Assembly (NCBI GenBank): GCA_011053135.1
Contig: DRLG01000103.1
Coordinates: 1-41,908 of the forward strand
DNA from: Chromatiales bacterium
GTDB lineage: Bacteria > Pseudomonadota > Gammaproteobacteria > SZUA-140
DNA: 41,908 nucleotides
Reading direction: 5' to 3'
Notes under the pieces: generated by a model
Seen by the model: only the letters and a program-made list of their open reading frames with translations
The model's database searches: none
What the model was told of the DNA's origin: nothing
Program-made: the position numbers and the translations under genes
Shown: in pieces, positions 16,306 through 26,116 of the stretch
How positions within the stretch are numbered: the stretch's first letter is position 1
Layout of the letters: every line of letters starts with the position of its first letter

Positions 16306-18236
16306 TGCAGTGCCTCACGCTTTATTTCATCAGTCAGATCCGCTGGCGACTGGCCATCAATATACATGCGCATCCAAAGCTCCAGGTTGATAAGTGCCAA
16401 CAAATGATCAGTTCGGTCTTCTCGGCTTTCATTATGAAGCGAAATTGTCTGTTGCACGACTTTGCTTTGCAGCAAACCCCGCTGCTCAATCGTCTCGCTC
16501 GATAGAATATAGTTTACCAACGGCATTAGCTCATCCTTTAGCCAAGCTCCCATGGGGGCGCCAAAACCCCTTTTCTGGCGATGCAAAATATCCTCGGGAA
16601 CCACATCCTTCATCGCCTGCTTCAAGATGTATTTAAGCTGCCTGCCCTTGATCTTGAAATCGGATGGCATGCTGGCCGATAATTCAACGAGGTTATGATC
16701 CAGAAATGGAACCCGACACTCAATGGACGAAGCCATGGTTGCTTTATCGGTTAACATTAAGAGATCGTCCGGCAACTGGGTTAATATATCCACGTGCAAC
16801 AAGTTATTCAGGCTATCAGATGAACCAGCCTTGCTGAAAGCCGAATCCAGTGCATCAAATTGATTTGCGGCGTCCTTTGCCAGCAAATTGTTTAACGACT
16901 TTTCATCAAATACTTCGATAAATGTCTTGTACCGTTCATTCGGTGGTAAATTACTCGCAAGCATAAAGCTACGAGCATATCGAAAAAGATTCAGTAATGG
17001 GGAGTGACGATCACTTGGCAACACTTTGGCAATCGGTGCGAGTATGCTCGACCGCACCCAACTGGGTAGGTAATTGTAGTACCGCCCCCAATATTCACCA
17101 AGATATCGTCGGTATCCTCCAAAAAGTTCATCTCCTCCAACGCCAGACAAGATGACCGTCACATCTTTTTTGGCAAACTCCGACACCAGAAACGTGGTAA
17201 TAAAGGCCGTATCGGCCACAGGTTCATCAAGATGCCACAAGAGACGAGGCAACAGCTCCGCAACATCCGGCCTAACAACGATCTCCTTGTGCTCTGTCCC
17301 ATAGTATTCAGCCACACGACGTGCGAACGGTAATTCATTATAAAAACTACCCGCCTTGTCTGAATCGAACCCAATCGCATATGTGTTGATCGGTGCATCA
17401 TTATGCTTACTCATGAAAGCAACAATGCTGCTCGAATCCACTCCGCCACTGAGAAATGCACCCAGCGGGACATCACTCACCATTTGTGAGGTGACGGCAG
17501 ATCTCAGCCCTTCACGTACTTGCTCTACCCATTGCGCCTCACTGCATGCACGATCAATCTCCTGCGGCAACTGCCAGTACTGGTGAATTTGTTCCCCGTT
17601 CCGGTCACATATCAACATGCAGGCTGGTGGTAGTTTTTGTATCCCTCGAAAAATCGAATAAGGAGCAGGCACATAGCCTAGGGAAAGATACTGCCTTACC
17701 GCTACTTCATCGATATCCGCCGAAACACCAGGTACAGAAAGTATCGATTTGGCCTCAGTAGCAAAAATCAGATGTTTTCGATCGCGTAAGTAGTAAAGTG
17801 GTTTGATCCCCAAACGATCTCGGCCGATGAGCAGACGTTCCCTTTTACCATCCCATAACGCAAATCCATACATTCCATCAAGGTGGTTAACAAAATCATC
17901 TCCATACTCTTCGTACAGATGCAGTATGACTTCTGTGTCGCTCGCCGTTTTAAATACATGACCGCGCTGTGTAAGGCTATTGCGCAAATCTTGAAAGTTA
18001 TAGATCTCACCATTGCAGACAACCCAAAGAGTACCATCCTCATTAGAAATGGGTTGGTGCCCGCCCGCCAGATCAATAATAGATAAACGGCGCATGCCCA
18101 ACATAACGCCATTCCCAATATACGCTCCCGCATCATCTGGCCCGCGATATGCTATTACATCACCCATACGACGAAGGACATCAGTATTTAACAGCTGACT
18201 ATCACCTCTTGTTAATATTCCATAAATCCCACACAT
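16302..18236 (-). CDS. Asparagine synthase (glutamine-hydrolysing) family amidotransferase
   Basis: ATG 18236 gives MCGIYGIL (Ntn Cys2); the track start 18260 is TTG. Complete glutaminase motifs (YRGPDD, MRRLSIIDL, CNGEIYN, SDTEVILH, RDRLGIKPLYY) and PP-loop SGGVDSS. Confidence 0.8.
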   Translation of the reverse strand: MCGIYGILTRGDSQLLNTDVLRRMGDVIAYRGPDDAGAYIGNGVMLGMRRLSIIDLAGGHQPISNEDGTLWVVCNGEIYNFQDLRNSLTQRGHVFKTASDTEVILHLYEEYGDDFVNHLDGMYGFALWDGKRERLLIGRDRLGIKPLYYLRDRKHLIFATEAKSILSVPGVSADIDEVAVRQYLSLGYVPAPYSIFRGIQKLPPACMLICDRNGEQIHQYWQLPQEIDRACSEAQWVEQVREGLRSAVTSQMVSDVPLGAFLSGGVDSSSIVAFMSKHNDAPINTYAIGFDSDKAGSFYNELPFARRVAEYYGTEHKEIVVRPDVAELLPRLLWHLDEPVADTAFITTFLVSEFAKKDVTVILSGVGGDELFGGYRRYLGEYWGRYYNYLPSWVRSSILAPIAKVLPSDRHSPLLNLFRYARSFMLASNLPPNERYKTFIEVFDEKSLNNLLAKDAANQFDALDSAFSKAGSSDSLNNLLHVDILTQLPDDLLMLTDKATMASSIECRVPFLDHNLVELSASMPSDFKIKGRQLKYILKQAMKDVVPEDILHRQKRGFGAPMGAWLKDELMPLVNYILSSETIEQRGLLQSKVVQQTISLHNESREDRTDHLLALINLELWMRMYIDGQSPADLTDEIKREALH

Positions 18237-18305
18237 ATCCAGCGTCACCAATAACCACAATTCATTTGTCTGTCGACTGTTAAATCCCCGGAGAGGGAAA
18301 CCCGA

Positions 18306-19373
18306 TTAATTCATCGCTGGCATCCTTGAATCAAAAATCACATCAGCTCGCCCGGAATTAATCAGTGGCTCTTTAATATTACTTGAAACATCTTGTACAT
18401 TCCGCATAGCACTTCCATCGCTCTTACGCAATACCAGCCAAAACCCCAACCAGGCCAAATCCTCTTTTGATACTTCTTGAAAAGGCTTCGCAAGGTATGG
18501 TCCAATATTATCAACATCAGATTCAGCCGCTAATTCTGTTGCCTCAATCAGTATGGTGTCGACAGGTATCATCTCAATCACCTCGAGGTACTTGTTCAAC
18601 CGCCAGCGATTTGGGGCGCCTTTGTGCGCATACATCAAATTCCATAAGCGCGTAGGCCAAACAAGAAAATCAAGAGGATTTTTTTCGTGCAAGCCGTGAC
18701 TTTTAAGGTCAACTTTGTGGATTGCGGTACCGCCAGTTTTGAGTGCACTTGCCATATCTAAAAATGTGGCATATAAGTCGTTTACATGCTCAAGTACTGC
18801 GCGTGAATACACCAAATCAACAGAATTCTTTAAGCCCGATAACCCATTTGGGTGAATGTAATAACATATCCGATTTTCTGCAAAGCCTGAACTGATTTCG
18901 CCAAAGTCATTAAAACATGACATCACTCTTTCCAGCGCCTCCCCATCCAAACGTGATATGATATTTTCTAGTATTTGAGTATTTTTTTGATTAATGGATA
19001 CCATGGAAAAACGGTCAACACATATTACCTTTTCTGCGCCATGTGCATACATCAACATCCCAACTCCCGGAAGATCACCTGGGCCGTACTCCAAAACGCT
19101 TTTTCCTGACAGGTAAGCTGTTATGTCTTCCCGTGGAACACCCAGTTTTCGAAAGTAGTCATCGAAACATTCAAAAAAGTAATCCGCCACTTCCTTTACC
19201 GTTTCTACATGAGAACCACGCCCCGTCTGCGACGTAACGTTTAAGTAGAAGCGTGGCGCTAGACGAGCCACTTGATTAGATGCTACCGCACGCAAGCATC
19301 GTATCACTACCCCAACTCTACTATCGAAATACATGCTGCCCCCTATCCCTGATTCGGCAATCAAAGTGAACAC
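18306..19373 (-). CDS. Class I SAM-dependent methyltransferase
   Basis: VLEYGPGDLPGVGMLMYAHGAEKVICVD looks like motif I, and VDLVYSRAVLEHV is a later motif. 19373 is GTG. The alternative ATG 19334 is preceded by AGGGGG. Confidence 0.55.
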   Translation of the reverse strand: MFTLIAESGIGGSMYFDSRVGVVIRCLRAVASNQVARLAPRFYLNVTSQTGRGSHVETVKEVADYFFECFDDYFRKLGVPREDITAYLSGKSVLEYGPGDLPGVGMLMYAHGAEKVICVDRFSMVSINQKNTQILENIISRLDGEALERVMSCFNDFGEISSGFAENRICYYIHPNGLSGLKNSVDLVYSRAVLEHVNDLYATFLDMASALKTGGTAIHKVDLKSHGLHEKNPLDFLVWPTRLWNLMYAHKGAPNRWRLNKYLEVIEMIPVDTILIEATELAAESDVDNIGPYLAKPFQEVSKEDLAWLGFWLVLRKSDGSAMRNVQDVSSNIKEPLINSGRADVIFDSRMPAMN

Positions 19374-19395
19374 AATCTTAATCCATCATAGAACA

Positions 19396-21291
19396 CTAAT
19401 TTTCAATAAGCCTGCGCTGAAATGATTCGAACATCAACAAGGTCCACAGCACAACACTGTGATCTCTGCCCCCACTTTGGTGCTCATCAAGCAAGCGCAG
19501 AATAACATTGTGATTAAAAAAACCAGAGTCACTCATCCTCTCGTTAAGCAGGACATCCCGAACACGATTTCGAAGTGGCCCACGAAACCAAGCCCCCAGG
19601 GGAACTGCAAATCCCATTTTACGGCGATATAAAATGTCATTGGGAAGACGGGAATGCAGTGACTGTTTAAAGATATGTTTCCCACTCCCCTTCCGCAACT
19701 TAAGCTTTCGTGGCAATCTGAAAGCCCATTCAACAAGCTTGTGATCCAGGATAGGAACCCTAACTTCAAGAGAGGCCGCCATACTCGCCCTGTCGACTTT
19801 TGTTAGAATATCGCCCGGCAGATAAGTTTTAAGGTCCAGATACTGAATCAGCGTAAGAGCATCTACGTTAGGCACATTTTCAGCATGTTGATAAAATACA
19901 TCCACAGCCCGATAGCCCTGCAACTCATGCCTAAATGAGTCACTAAACAATTGTTTCCGAAGTGGGTCCTTGACGCTGCTGATTAACTGGAAATAAGAAT
20001 CAACACCATCCCTTGATATCGACTCGAAAGTTTCCTTGAGGGCAGTCACTTTAGGTATCATCGCCAACCTAGGCAATAATCGAGAAAGCCCGGAAAATAT
20101 TGGTCGCCTAATAGACTGTGGAATGGCGGATCTTAACCGCTCGCTATCCATATGCCATCTATAACGTAAATAACCACCAAATATCTCATCACCTCCATCA
20201 CCAGATAGGGCTACAGTAACCTGCTGCTTTGCCATTTCGCAAACCCGATAGGTGGGAATTGCCGAGCTGTCCGCAAAGGGTTCATCATAAAGCATCGCCA
20301 GATGATCAATGAGGTCATAATCATCTGGATCCACGGCCATCACTTGATGATTCGTATTGTAGAGGCTTGCAACCCTTTCAGCATAAATGGACTCGTCGAA
20401 TTTCGGGTTCCCAAAGGAAATTGAACACGTATTAATTGGCTCATCAGACAATGGCGCCATCATAGACACCACTGCACTCGAATCAACACCACCAGAAAGA
20501 AATGCACCAAGAGGAACCTCTGCCACCATCCGTATTCTGACTGCCTCCCGGAGTCTATCCAATAGCTCGTCGGCGGCGCTCTCTTCGGAAAGTGTCAATT
20601 CCTTATCGAACTGAATATCCCAGTATTTTTTCGGCTCTGGAAGGCCCTCGCCTTTACAAATCGTAAGCGTATGACCTGGTGATAATTTGGCGACTCCATG
20701 AAAAATAGTCTTGGGGTCAGGCACATAGCCAAAGGCAAAATAGTCCTCTACTGAGTGTGGGCTCAGTTGGCGAGGAAGACGCGGGTGGATCATCAATGCC
20801 TTTAACTCAGAGGAAAAAATAATCTCCCCTGTGTCCAACTCCGCATAATACAAGGGTTTGATGCCAAGGCGGTCTCTGGCCATGAACAGGACTTGTTTAT
20901 TGCGATCCCACAGCACAAAGGCGAACATGCCACGGAATTTCTGTACACAATCCTCCCCCCACTCCTCCCATGCATGGACGATTACTTCCGTGTCACAGTG
21001 TGTGCGGAAGCTATGACCACAGGCGACCAACTCACGACCTAACTCTGAATGGTTATATATTTCGCCGTTATAAACCACTACAACTGAGTGATCTTCATTA
21101 AACAGCGGTTGCCTGCCGTTTGACAAATCTATGATGGAAAGGCGACGATGAGCCAAACCGACACCAGGTTCTGTGTGTATTCCGCCTTCATCAGGACCCC
21201 GGTGAAACTGCATTTCATTCATGCGCGATAATAAGGCGGAGTCGATTTCACCCAGTCCCTTTCGGTCAAATATTCCGACTAATCCACACAT
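19396..21291 (-). CDS. Asparagine synthase family amidotransferase (exosortase A-associated amidotransferase type)
   Basis: MCGLVGIF start. Motifs HRGPDE, HRRLSIIDL, YNGEIYN, CDTEVIVH, RDRLGIKPLYY and PP-loop SGGVDSS. It lies directly downstream of xrtA, the position I recall for the XrtA-associated amidotransferase family (TIGR03108-like). Confidence 0.8.
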   Translation of the reverse strand: MCGLVGIFDRKGLGEIDSALLSRMNEMQFHRGPDEGGIHTEPGVGLAHRRLSIIDLSNGRQPLFNEDHSVVVVYNGEIYNHSELGRELVACGHSFRTHCDTEVIVHAWEEWGEDCVQKFRGMFAFVLWDRNKQVLFMARDRLGIKPLYYAELDTGEIIFSSELKALMIHPRLPRQLSPHSVEDYFAFGYVPDPKTIFHGVAKLSPGHTLTICKGEGLPEPKKYWDIQFDKELTLSEESAADELLDRLREAVRIRMVAEVPLGAFLSGGVDSSAVVSMMAPLSDEPINTCSISFGNPKFDESIYAERVASLYNTNHQVMAVDPDDYDLIDHLAMLYDEPFADSSAIPTYRVCEMAKQQVTVALSGDGGDEIFGGYLRYRWHMDSERLRSAIPQSIRRPIFSGLSRLLPRLAMIPKVTALKETFESISRDGVDSYFQLISSVKDPLRKQLFSDSFRHELQGYRAVDVFYQHAENVPNVDALTLIQYLDLKTYLPGDILTKVDRASMAASLEVRVPILDHKLVEWAFRLPRKLKLRKGSGKHIFKQSLHSRLPNDILYRRKMGFAVPLGAWFRGPLRNRVRDVLLNERMSDSGFFNHNVILRLLDEHQSGGRDHSVVLWTLLMFESFQRRLIEN

Positions 21292-21444
21292 ATTTTCTTC
21301 GATACGTAATAGATTGGCTGACCACCAAAATACTCTAATAACATATCAACTCCATTCAAAACTTTTCATATCACCTGTCGACTTCTAGATATAGAGATCC
21401 GCAGGCATGTGCACAAATATACTGTCTCTGGGAACCTGAAATGC

Positions 21445-22968
21445 CTAGGCCTGAGCCTTTTTTCGAACAAGAGATATGAGGGATGGATGCATATTTTTCA
21501 AAAAATCTTTCATCGCATCCTGCTCCGCATTACAGTCATCACAATCAGCAGCAATGGCAAATACAGCACTGCCCTTATCATCACTCATAAGCCTTTGCCA
21601 GACAGTGAATATTTTCCCTTTGATAGAATCATTCGTAAGATATCCATCAATATCATACCAGTACCACACCAGCCGGGATGTGACATTGGAACGTAAAACA
21701 ATTTCTCTAACGGGAACCTGTTCAGGCAACCCAAGGTCAAGTGAACGGCTCACCTCCTCTACTGGCACCCATACACTACGATCAAATAAGACATTTTCTG
21801 AATTAATGAGTTCTGCACCCTGCTCTTCAGCAGCATAATATGCTAAATAAAATCGAACCTGCTTTCCCTGCTTTTCATATATGGTATTCGCCACAGAATC
21901 TGCGCCAATATAGTTCGGCGCCCATCCCTCAGCATCCTGTGCTAAGAGCCTCCATCCCCCAATATCCTTCGGCAGATCAAAAACAATCGCATGCGTCGTG
22001 CGCTCACTGCTCGTGCCCGTCAACACCGATGCAACAGGTGCGCTGCCCATGACAAGAAAGGCAGCCAAACCAACAAACACTGTTTTTCTCATTTCTGTTG
22101 AACCAGGGAAAGCAATACGGCGCCTTGCCTTTGTCGCTGCAGGAACCTTTACGTCATTTTCTCGCCACAAGCCACCCAACCAAAAGAGGAGAGCCATAAC
22201 CAAACCAAAAAATATCCATCCATAGATAATATGATCGACACCGACGGCAATCTTCATATCACTAAGATATGCCAGCATCACAATCCCATATGCCCGTACA
22301 CCATTGGCCAGAATGGGAACAATAATGGAAAGTGCGATGAAAAGTGTCCGTCGCCATAAACTACGGTAAGTCAAATAAGCATAAAGAAAGCCCAAGGCAA
22401 TGGACGCAATTAAATAGCGAATACCGCTACATGCTTCCGCTACTTCAAAATTTCCTGTTGGAATACTAAAGTAGAGCCCCTCCAGGTAGACAGGAATACC
22501 GCTCAAGCGTAACGCAGAAACGGTAAAATAGGCCGTAAACTCCTGGAGTGGCGGTACAAGCGACTCCCCAATGGGGACGCAAAATAAAAGGTAGGCAAGT
22601 GGAAACACTAATGTACGAACTACAGCCCGCCCAAATATAGCCAAGACAACTGCTGGCATCATCAGAACCAGCGCAAGTTGCTGTAAAACCAATACATTGG
22701 CTATATCGGCAAGCAACCATATGGACGCCAGAAGAAACAGGATACCAAGCGCCAACGGTTCAGGCTTGGGGTCAATCAACAATAATTCTTGTCGGCGCAT
22801 CCATACAAGATAAGCCGAGATTGGTAATATCAGCATGCCATGTGCATAGGTGTCGGAACGCCACCAGATTGCAGCTGTAGATGCAATGGTTTGCCAATAC
22901 AGCGCGGTCAAGGCAATCAGTAAGCTACCTGCTGCGACTATACTGACATGCCATTGTGATCGGGCCAT
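21445..22968 (-). CDS. xrtA: Exosortase A fused to a C-terminal EpsI-family domain
   Basis: 507 aa. The polytopic N-terminal part of about 290 aa carries the exosortase catalytic motifs: EACSGIRY (Cys180, codon 22429-22431), NGVRA (Arg225) and DHIIYGW (His246). After one further TM (TVFVGLAAFLVMGSAPVA) comes a soluble domain of about 210 aa (FYLAYYAAEEQGAELINSENVL, WYWYDIDG) resembling EpsI. Confidence 0.85.
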   Translation of the reverse strand: MARSQWHVSIVAAGSLLIALTALYWQTIASTAAIWWRSDTYAHGMLILPISAYLVWMRRQELLLIDPKPEPLALGILFLLASIWLLADIANVLVLQQLALVLMMPAVVLAIFGRAVVRTLVFPLAYLLFCVPIGESLVPPLQEFTAYFTVSALRLSGIPVYLEGLYFSIPTGNFEVAEACSGIRYLIASIALGFLYAYLTYRSLWRRTLFIALSIIVPILANGVRAYGIVMLAYLSDMKIAVGVDHIIYGWIFFGLVMALLFWLGGLWRENDVKVPAATKARRRIAFPGSTEMRKTVFVGLAAFLVMGSAPVASVLTGTSSERTTHAIVFDLPKDIGGWRLLAQDAEGWAPNYIGADSVANTIYEKQGKQVRFYLAYYAAEEQGAELINSENVLFDRSVWVPVEEVSRSLDLGLPEQVPVREIVLRSNVTSRLVWYWYDIDGYLTNDSIKGKIFTVWQRLMSDDKGSAVFAIAADCDDCNAEQDAMKDFLKNMHPSLISLVRKKAQA

Positions 22969-23043
22969 GAAATTATTTTGCCTAAATCGCTAACTGTCGA
23001 TCGTATACACCCGGTCGTGGGCAATACGGAAGAACCCAATTCA

Positions 23044-24087
23044 TCATCCCAAGCTTCTGGCGAGCCATGGCCCGATCGTATTTGCAATGGGCAAAGGAAG
23101 CATTTTCCACATTTTGATGAACGTTCGGTATTTTGCATTCATCGGGCTGACGTCCGGCATTTCCTTTGCCTTAATGAGCTTGAATTCATAGTGCAATTGC
23201 TGGGCCTCAAAACCCCAATTCTTCTTGAAGCTGAAAGACCCGGTGCCTTGTTTGCTGCGACCAAAGTCAAACACGCGTATGCCCTCTTCCGCCGATCGCC
23301 GCATGAGATCCCAGTACATGAAGTCATTACCTTTTAGCGAACGCGCCTCTGCCGTGCCCCCACCATAATAGGGCAGAACCTCATCACGAAAGTAAAAGCT
23401 CATCACGCTTGCGACAGTATGGCCGTTCTTGCTGATTGTCAGTATCCGGGAATTTTCTGCGAATTCCTCACGCAGGATCGAAAAATAGTGGCGAGGGAAA
23501 ACCGGAGTGCCCAAAGCATGAACACTTTGAGAATAAGCATCGTAAAATCGATCGATGCCATCATCCCATTCACCCTGCAACCCTCCTTTTATGCCTTTAC
23601 GAACCATGGCGCGTTGCTTGCGTGGGATGTTTGTTAGATTCTTCTCTGGATCCGGGTCAATCTCCTTGCGGAAAGTGACATAGAGGTCCTTACTAGGCCA
23701 ATCGGGATTTCGTGCTTTTTGATTTCGAAGCTCCAGTGCATCGACACCTAAAGCCTCAGCTTTTTTCACCGCTGACTCCATCAACAGAGTAGCGGCCTCT
23801 GCAGATGAGGCTGCCACCCCGCCGTAGACACAAAATGGCAGTGATGTGAGACTATTCCCGAACAGGAAGCTGTTGATTTGCGCCAACGGCAAAACACCTT
23901 CTATCTGGCCATCGCGTTCAGCGTATAGAAAACAAGTTGGATGCCCGAAGGCATCTTCAATCACCCGCTTCCAGCCGGCGCGATGAAAAAAACTGGCCTC
24001 CGGGCATGTCTCTACGAAAGCATCCCAGCGAACCTTATCGTTACTCTTCAACTCATAGACTGCCAGTGGTGTAAGATTGCCAGTCAT
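23044..24087 (-). CDS. FemAB family protein, PEP-CTERM system-associated type
   Basis: 347 aa. ATGA overlap with the upstream stop (24084-24087). KQRAMVRKGIKGG and FDFGRSKQGTGSFSFKKNWGFE are present. It sits between the deacetylase and xrtA, as in canonical loci. Confidence 0.75.
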   Translation of the reverse strand: MTGNLTPLAVYELKSNDKVRWDAFVETCPEASFFHRAGWKRVIEDAFGHPTCFLYAERDGQIEGVLPLAQINSFLFGNSLTSLPFCVYGGVAASSAEAATLLMESAVKKAEALGVDALELRNQKARNPDWPSKDLYVTFRKEIDPDPEKNLTNIPRKQRAMVRKGIKGGLQGEWDDGIDRFYDAYSQSVHALGTPVFPRHYFSILREEFAENSRILTISKNGHTVASVMSFYFRDEVLPYYGGGTAEARSLKGNDFMYWDLMRRSAEEGIRVFDFGRSKQGTGSFSFKKNWGFEAQQLHYEFKLIKAKEMPDVSPMNAKYRTFIKMWKMLPLPIANTIGPWLARSLG

Positions 24088-24938
24088 GAGTGTGCCCTCC
24101 TAGACAGAAACACGTGATCCATGCGTCCCCATGAAAAATCATTCAATAAGGCCCGAATACGATTCTCCATACGCCCAAGGTTGAGGTAGTGTCGAAAGCG
24201 TGCCTTCAAGCTGATGCCATTTTGTCGGGGCTGATCGGGATCGATTTCCCATGGGTGAAAATAAAACATGCCCGACTGATTCTCATTCATGTTGACCCTG
24301 TGCAAAGCCCATCGGGAAATTGCATAGGGATAAAACCGGAAAAATCCCCCGCCACCACAAGGCAGGTTCTTATTCAATATTCGAATCGTTGTTATGGGAA
24401 TTTCCAGCAGGCCTTGCTCACCGTTTGGCCAAAAGGCAAACCGAGGCGCCTCTGGCATGCCATAGAGGTCATGCTGCACAGGGTAGATACTGGAACTGTA
24501 CACATAACCTGCCTCTGCCAGCTCATCATGAGCCCATAAGTTGGACGCTCCAATCGAGTAGCTCGCTGCGCGATAGCCTAACACAGCGCTACCCGAGATA
24601 TCCTCCAACAACAGCTTGGTACGTGTTATATCATCACGGAATTCCGCGGGTGTCTGCTGAGTAACCCGCACATGCAAAAAACCATGGCTGGCCAGCTCGT
24701 GTCCATCCTTGACAATTCGCCGAATGAGGCCCGGATAGCGCTCCGCCACCCAACCCAAAGTGAAAAAGGTGGCTTTGGTGCCAGTCTCATCAAATAGGTC
24801 CAGTATTCTGTTGGTATTATTCTCCACGCGGCAAGGTAATCGCTCCCATTGACTGCGATCAATGCTCCCCTCGAAGGCAGAAACCTGAAAGTAATCCTCC
24901 ACGTCCACGGTCATGGCATTGATAATAGAGTTAGCCAC
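24084..24938 (-). CDS. Polysaccharide deacetylase, PEP-CTERM locus subfamily
   Basis: 284 aa. Motifs MTVDVEDYFQV, ATFFTLGWVAERYPGLIRRIVKDGHELASHGFLH and GYRAASYSI. Confidence 0.8.
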   Translation of the reverse strand: MANSIINAMTVDVEDYFQVSAFEGSIDRSQWERLPCRVENNTNRILDLFDETGTKATFFTLGWVAERYPGLIRRIVKDGHELASHGFLHVRVTQQTPAEFRDDITRTKLLLEDISGSAVLGYRAASYSIGASNLWAHDELAEAGYVYSSSIYPVQHDLYGMPEAPRFAFWPNGEQGLLEIPITTIRILNKNLPCGGGGFFRFYPYAISRWALHRVNMNENQSGMFYFHPWEIDPDQPRQNGISLKARFRHYLNLGRMENRIRALLNDFSWGRMDHVFLSRRAHS

Positions 24939-24947
24939 AACTCAGCC

Positions 24948-26099
24948 TTAACTGACTAGCGAGTTCTGGGAGCGTTCATTGAGCCATTTCTCAAGAACCT
25001 TAACGATCCGTTCTGCTGCTTTACCATCCCACAGCTCAGGAACCCTTCCCACCTTGCCACCATTGCTCATCACATCATCGAAGGCAGTACGGATACGCTC
25101 TGGGTCGGTACCAACTACAGTATTTGTACCCTGCGATACGGTAATAGGACGCTCGGTATTTTCGCGTAAAGTGATGCAGGGAACTCCCAAGGCAGTCGTC
25201 TCCTCCTGGATACCACCAGAGTCTGTCAAAACCAGGCGAGACTCAGACATCAAACCCAACATTTCCAGATAGCCTTGCGGAGGCAAGGTTAGGATTTGTG
25301 AATTATCAAGCAATTCGCCAAGGCCAGCTTCAGAAATCTTGCTCTCGGTGCGCGGATGCATTGGAAATATCAGTGGCAGGTGTTTGCCGATATCTGCGAG
25401 CGTACGCAGCAGGCGTTCCAGCACTTGAGGCTTATCAACATTTGAGGGGCGATGCAATGTCAGCAATCCATAATTGCCGGGAGAAAAGGTGCTGGGAGCC
25501 TTGGCCAAGGCCAACGTTTCTTCGACCGGTACCTTTTTCTCCATTTCTCGACGCAAGGTATCAATCATTACATTACCCACAAAATAAACGCGAGCCCCAT
25601 CAATCCCTTCTTTCTTCAAATTTGGCAAGGCATCACTTTCAGTGGTAAAAAGAAGATCCGAGATCTGATCAGTAAGTACCCGGTTGATCTCTTCCGGCAT
25701 GGCTCGGTCAAAACTACGCAGCCCCGCTTCAACATGCACCACCGGGACGGATTTCTTGCTGGCGACTAATGCGCACGCAATAGTGGAGTTGACATCTCCC
25801 ACCACCAGCACCACAGAAGGCTGCTCGGCCTCCAGAACGGGCTCGAAAAGTCGCATGATCTCCGCCGTCTGCACAGCATGCGACCCAGAGCCTACACCAA
25901 GGTCGATGTCAGGCTCAGGGATACCCAACTGATCAAAAAAAGCATGCTTCATGGCAGCATCGTAATGCTGACCAGTATGTACTAAATAGGATGAAAGCAG
26001 TGCCGACTGCCCTATTGCACTAATCACTGGCGCAATTTTCATAAAGTTGGGGCGAGCACCCACCACGCAGAGAATTTTGAAATGCTGTTTAATGGTCAT
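24948..26099 (-). CDS. wecB: UDP-N-acetylglucosamine 2-epimerase (non-hydrolysing)
   Basis: 383 aa. Motifs KILCVVGARPNFMKIAPV, TGQHYD, VVGDVNST, HVEAGLRSFDRAMPEEINR and LVLTDSGGIQEETTALGVPCITLRENTERP. Confidence 0.85.
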   Translation of the reverse strand: MTIKQHFKILCVVGARPNFMKIAPVISAIGQSALLSSYLVHTGQHYDAAMKHAFFDQLGIPEPDIDLGVGSGSHAVQTAEIMRLFEPVLEAEQPSVVLVVGDVNSTIACALVASKKSVPVVHVEAGLRSFDRAMPEEINRVLTDQISDLLFTTESDALPNLKKEGIDGARVYFVGNVMIDTLRREMEKKVPVEETLALAKAPSTFSPGNYGLLTLHRPSNVDKPQVLERLLRTLADIGKHLPLIFPMHPRTESKISEAGLGELLDNSQILTLPPQGYLEMLGLMSESRLVLTDSGGIQEETTALGVPCITLRENTERPITVSQGTNTVVGTDPERIRTAFDDVMSNGGKVGRVPELWDGKAAERIVKVLEKWLNERSQNSLVS

Positions 26100-26116
26100 A
26101 TTGTTCTGCTTTAGTG

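Noticed and set aside
16302-21291. AsnB homologs as lasso-peptide cyclases (RiPP cluster)
   Set aside because: No transglutaminase-like B protease, no short precursor ORF and no ABC exporter is nearby. Both proteins keep full glutaminase motifs and sit inside a glycan operon.
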